This document shows positions 58,054-61,225 of a stretch of DNA of 61,225 nucleotides, piece after piece. Source of the stretch: an uncultured virus (IMG/VR IMGVR_UViG_3300021958_009066) (Duplodnaviria; Heunggongvirae; Uroviricota; Caudoviricetes); the IMG/VR virus record IMGVR_UViG_3300021958_009066. One strand, given 5' to 3'. A program made the position numbers and the translations under genes. Numbering within the stretch: the stretch's first letter is position 1; every line of letters starts with the position of its first letter. Under the pieces are notes generated by a model that had not been told where the DNA came from, made no database searches, and saw nothing but the letters and a program-made list of their open reading frames with translations.

Positions 58054-58074
58054 AATAGACTAAGTGGTTATACT
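58046..58074 (+). promoter_or_regulatory. Sigma70-type promoter
   Basis: TTGACT-N17-TATACT-N6-GTG. Confidence 0.75.
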
Positions 58075-58080
58075 ATAGTT

Positions 58081-59694
58081 GTGGACTTAAAAAACTATTT
58101 TCCGATTGGTTATAAACCAAGCTTGAGTCAGTCTAAAGCGTTAGACAAAATACAAACTGCTTTTGAGAAAACTGACACAGTAATAATAACAGCACCTACA
58201 GGTACCGGGAAGAGTTTTTTTGCATCTACACTATCTAACAGCTCTAGCGAAATATCTAAAGAAGCAAAAGAAAAGATTTACAATTACACTGCTTTTGATG
58301 TTGACCATCATGGACAATACACAGATACAGATAATATTGAACCTCATGGAGGTTTTGTACTCACAATCACTAAAGCGTTACAAGATCAATATATCAAACT
58401 ATTTAACTGTAATAGTTTGAAAGGTAAAAATAATTACATGAGTACTATTGATACAACTATGGATGTAGAGATAGAATCTGCTGTAATACCTAAAAAGATA
58501 TTAAACAAACATAGAACATCTCATAAATGTAATTATTATAATGACCGAAGAGATTTGCTAGTATCGCAGTTTGGTACAACAAATTACAAAATGTTCATGA
58601 ACCTCCCGGACCATGTTAAATATAGAGACTATATTATATGTGATGAAGCTAGTGAATTAGAAGATGAGTTAGTATCTCAATGTAGTTGTACTATAGAGTA
58701 TGAGAGGCTCAAACGAGCTAATATATCAGTCAAAAAACTAACATCTAGTGAACCACTAACTGTATATGCATGGTTAGATGATTTAGTACAAACATTGCAA
58801 GAACAAAGAATATTTCTGCAACGGTCACTACAAAAAAAATCGCAATGGTCTCCTAAATCGCAATCAAAATATAGGTTTATAAATCAACTACTCTCTCATG
58901 TAACTGTATGTACAAATAATTACTATGAATGTGAATATGTTGTTGAGAAAGATTATAATAAGGTATCTCTTACACCTCTTTATGTAGATGCCCTGTCAAA
59001 AAATATACTATCATTCGGTAAAAAACGATTGTTGATGAGTGCGACTATAATTGACCCGGGTCGTTTCGCCAAGAGCCTAGGTATAAGTGATTATGAATAT
59101 ATAGAGGTTGACTCAACATTTGAACCTTCAAGATCTCCAATATATGTATCGTCTAAATACCCGCTCAGTCGTAAGACTATGGGAAATTACCTACCTAAAA
59201 TAGTTTCAAATATAACCCCTATATTATATACACATGCAGATGAAAAAGGTATAATACATACACATACACACGAAATAACTCAATATATAAAAGACCACAA
59301 CCCAGATCCAGATAAAAACCGACTCATATTTAGAGAACCAGGTGTCAGTAATGAAGATATATTAACCAAACATAGTGAAGATGGACATGCTTCAGTATTA
59401 GTATCACCGTCGTTAACCTATGGTGTTGATCTAAAAGATGAGTTGGCTAGGTTTCAAATTATAATAAAACTCCCATATCTACCACTACACGACAAAAGAG
59501 TTAAGCAATTATTTGATGAAGACCCAGAGTGGTATGAAAATAAAATGCTAAATTCGCTAGTACAAGCATGTGGACGCGCTACTAGAAGTAAGAATGACTA
59601 CTCTGTTACATATATATTAGACGGTATGTCTACTAAAATTATATCTAAATGTAAACATAAACTACCAAAACATTTCTTACAACGGTTCGCGTAA
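58081..59694 (+). CDS. DinG/Rad3-like helicase
   Basis: APTGTGKS, LQDQY, DEAS, MSAT, GVDL, KLPY, QACGRATR. Confidence 0.9.
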   Translation: MDLKNYFPIGYKPSLSQSKALDKIQTAFEKTDTVIITAPTGTGKSFFASTLSNSSSEISKEAKEKIYNYTAFDVDHHGQYTDTDNIEPHGGFVLTITKALQDQYIKLFNCNSLKGKNNYMSTIDTTMDVEIESAVIPKKILNKHRTSHKCNYYNDRRDLLVSQFGTTNYKMFMNLPDHVKYRDYIICDEASELEDELVSQCSCTIEYERLKRANISVKKLTSSEPLTVYAWLDDLVQTLQEQRIFLQRSLQKKSQWSPKSQSKYRFINQLLSHVTVCTNNYYECEYVVEKDYNKVSLTPLYVDALSKNILSFGKKRLLMSATIIDPGRFAKSLGISDYEYIEVDSTFEPSRSPIYVSSKYPLSRKTMGNYLPKIVSNITPILYTHADEKGIIHTHTHEITQYIKDHNPDPDKNRLIFREPGVSNEDILTKHSEDGHASVLVSPSLTYGVDLKDELARFQIIIKLPYLPLHDKRVKQLFDEDPEWYENKMLNSLVQACGRATRSKNDYSVTYILDGMSTKIISKCKHKLPKHFLQRFA

Positions 59695-59705
59695 TAAATA
59701 ATTAT

Positions 59706-60455
59706 GTGAGGTATCATACATATAATTTTGAAATCAAAGATTTAATTACCCAATTCCTTTCTGCATTTGACGAAGGTGTTATTAAGAGATTTAATGTAAA
59801 CAGGCAACCGGAAAAAACATTTGAAGCTAGATATGTATATGCACATAAACAACGTGTTGTACATGACTTAATAAACAAGAGCCAACATATAACATTACCA
59901 GTTGTAGCTTGTAGTTTAACATCTGTAACAAGAGACCCAGCGAGGGTGTTCAATAAAATTGAAGGTTTCATGCACCCTCAGAGATATTCACCAGAAGGTA
60001 TGACAAATACTTTTGACAAAATTCCCCCGGTTAATCCAGTTAATCTGGAAATTACGATGGACATTTATAGCAAATATCAGCAAGACATAGACCAAATCAT
60101 TACAAATTTTGCTCCCTACTGTAACCCATATATTATACTATCATGGAAAATACCACAGGGTGACAAATATCTAGATCCATTTTTAGATAAAGATGCACCA
60201 ATACAAGAACTTCGATCCGAAGTATTATGGAACGGTACAATTGATTTAAATTACCCTAAAGAGATTGACGGTAAAACACCATGGAGGGTTTCTGCTAGCA
60301 CAGGATTTACCATAAAAGGTTGGCTGTTCACAAAACCACCTAGCAAAGGAGCGGGTACTATTTTTGATATTGAAACAAACTTTGTATCTGTATCATCAAT
60401 AGACGATCTTGAAGGTGGTAGTTTAAATGATTATAAAACCACAAACAATCAATAA
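59706..60455 (+). CDS. gp15: Tail terminator / sheath stabiliser
   Basis: ITLP, RDPAR, DIDQIITNFAPYCNP, FTIKGWLF; AATAAATA upstream. Confidence 0.8.
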   Translation: MRYHTYNFEIKDLITQFLSAFDEGVIKRFNVNRQPEKTFEARYVYAHKQRVVHDLINKSQHITLPVVACSLTSVTRDPARVFNKIEGFMHPQRYSPEGMTNTFDKIPPVNPVNLEITMDIYSKYQQDIDQIITNFAPYCNPYIILSWKIPQGDKYLDPFLDKDAPIQELRSEVLWNGTIDLNYPKEIDGKTPWRVSASTGFTIKGWLFTKPPSKGAGTIFDIETNFVSVSSIDDLEGGSLNDYKTTNNQ

Positions 60456-61207
60456 TGGGTAGGAACTCAAAAGATATAACCGATTGGGGAGATGAAAACG
60501 AACAACGACATCTCGAGCAATTAAACCCTGTAAAAAATCAACAGTTTTTAGATGAGACTGTTGAGTTTAACCCTAAAGATAAGAAAGGTAGCTTTCCCGG
60601 AAACAGACAAGGTGTATTGAGAGGAGCTCCGAGCGTGTCCTGGATTACGTTCGACAGAGAAAAAAGAAGAAAGGTCCTAGACATTAAGGCCGGTGAAACA
60701 AAAAATCTATATATCGAAGGTTATAACATGTACTATTTATCTAACCTATATTTGAGTGCAGATAATTTTAATACTTTTTCAGTACAAGCTACAGAATACA
60801 AATATTTTAAAAACAAATATACTAATCGTATAGGTACGGAAAATCAACCATTTACAGCAATACCAATTGATAATTGGACTGTAATCAATAATAGTAATAT
60901 ATATTTTGAATTTCCGATAGTAACAATACCCGGTACCAAAATTGATATCATACTCCAAGGACCAGCTGGTTACACTTTAGCATCCAACCATGCTTATGGT
61001 AATAATAAAGCGTATGTTTCTGTACTAACATCAGAAACAGCTACTGCAGTAGTTACAGCTACACCTACAACCGCCACGACCGCTACAACAGCTACAACCG
61101 CCACGACCGCTACAACAGCTACAACTGCCACGACCGCCACAACAGCTACAACTGCCACGACCGCCACAACAGCTACAACAGCTACAACAGCTACTGGTTG
61201 GTCATGA
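60455..61207 (+). CDS. Putative structural protein (Ig-like beta domain) with (TTA)14 tail
   Basis: Coupled to gp15; beta-rich core; Thr/Ala repeat. Confidence 0.6.
   Translation: MGRNSKDITDWGDENEQRHLEQLNPVKNQQFLDETVEFNPKDKKGSFPGNRQGVLRGAPSVSWITFDREKRRKVLDIKAGETKNLYIEGYNMYYLSNLYLSADNFNTFSVQATEYKYFKNKYTNRIGTENQPFTAIPIDNWTVINNSNIYFEFPIVTIPGTKIDIILQGPAGYTLASNHAYGNNKAYVSVLTSETATAVVTATPTTATTATTATTATTATTATTATTATTATTATTATTATTATTATGWS
61067..61192 (+). repeat. 9-bp coding repeat x14 with 27-bp higher-order period
   Basis: ACAACCGCC-ACGACCGCT-ACAACAGCT units encoding Thr-Thr-Ala. Confidence 0.95.
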
Positions 61208-61225
61208 GTTTAATAAACAGTACTA

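Noticed and set aside
1..61225. CRISPR array, tRNA/rRNA genes, integrase or transposase
   Set aside because: No repeat-spacer array, cloverleaf or mobile-element ORF seen; intergenic gaps are mostly too short. A dedicated scan was not run.
1..61225. Stop-codon reassignment
   Set aside because: Core genes are full length in the standard code, and TAA, TGA and TAG all end well-defined genes.

Overview
The window is an AT-rich, densely coded segment of a large T4-like (Tevenvirinae/Kyanoviridae-type) myovirus genome read in the standard genetic code. A mostly minus-strand replication/recombination block (primase, RNase H, clamp, gp32, gp41, UvsX, gp43, gp46/47, gp55, UvsW, UvsY) is interleaved with virion genes (gp3-like, gp17, gp14, gp15, GroES-like). 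Accessory content comprises a dispersed 7-deazaguanine pathway (folE, queD, queE, queC plus an adjacent glutamine amidotransferase and glycosyltransferase, a DUF366-like gene, and no recognisable dpdA), a large glycan-synthesis island, and phoH. About 15 otherwise unrelated proteins share a T4 internal-protein-like N-terminal signal, and most lie behind a TAAATA late promoter. Both promoter classes sit so close to start codons that many mRNAs look leaderless. All protein calls are from motif recognition by eye; no searches were run.
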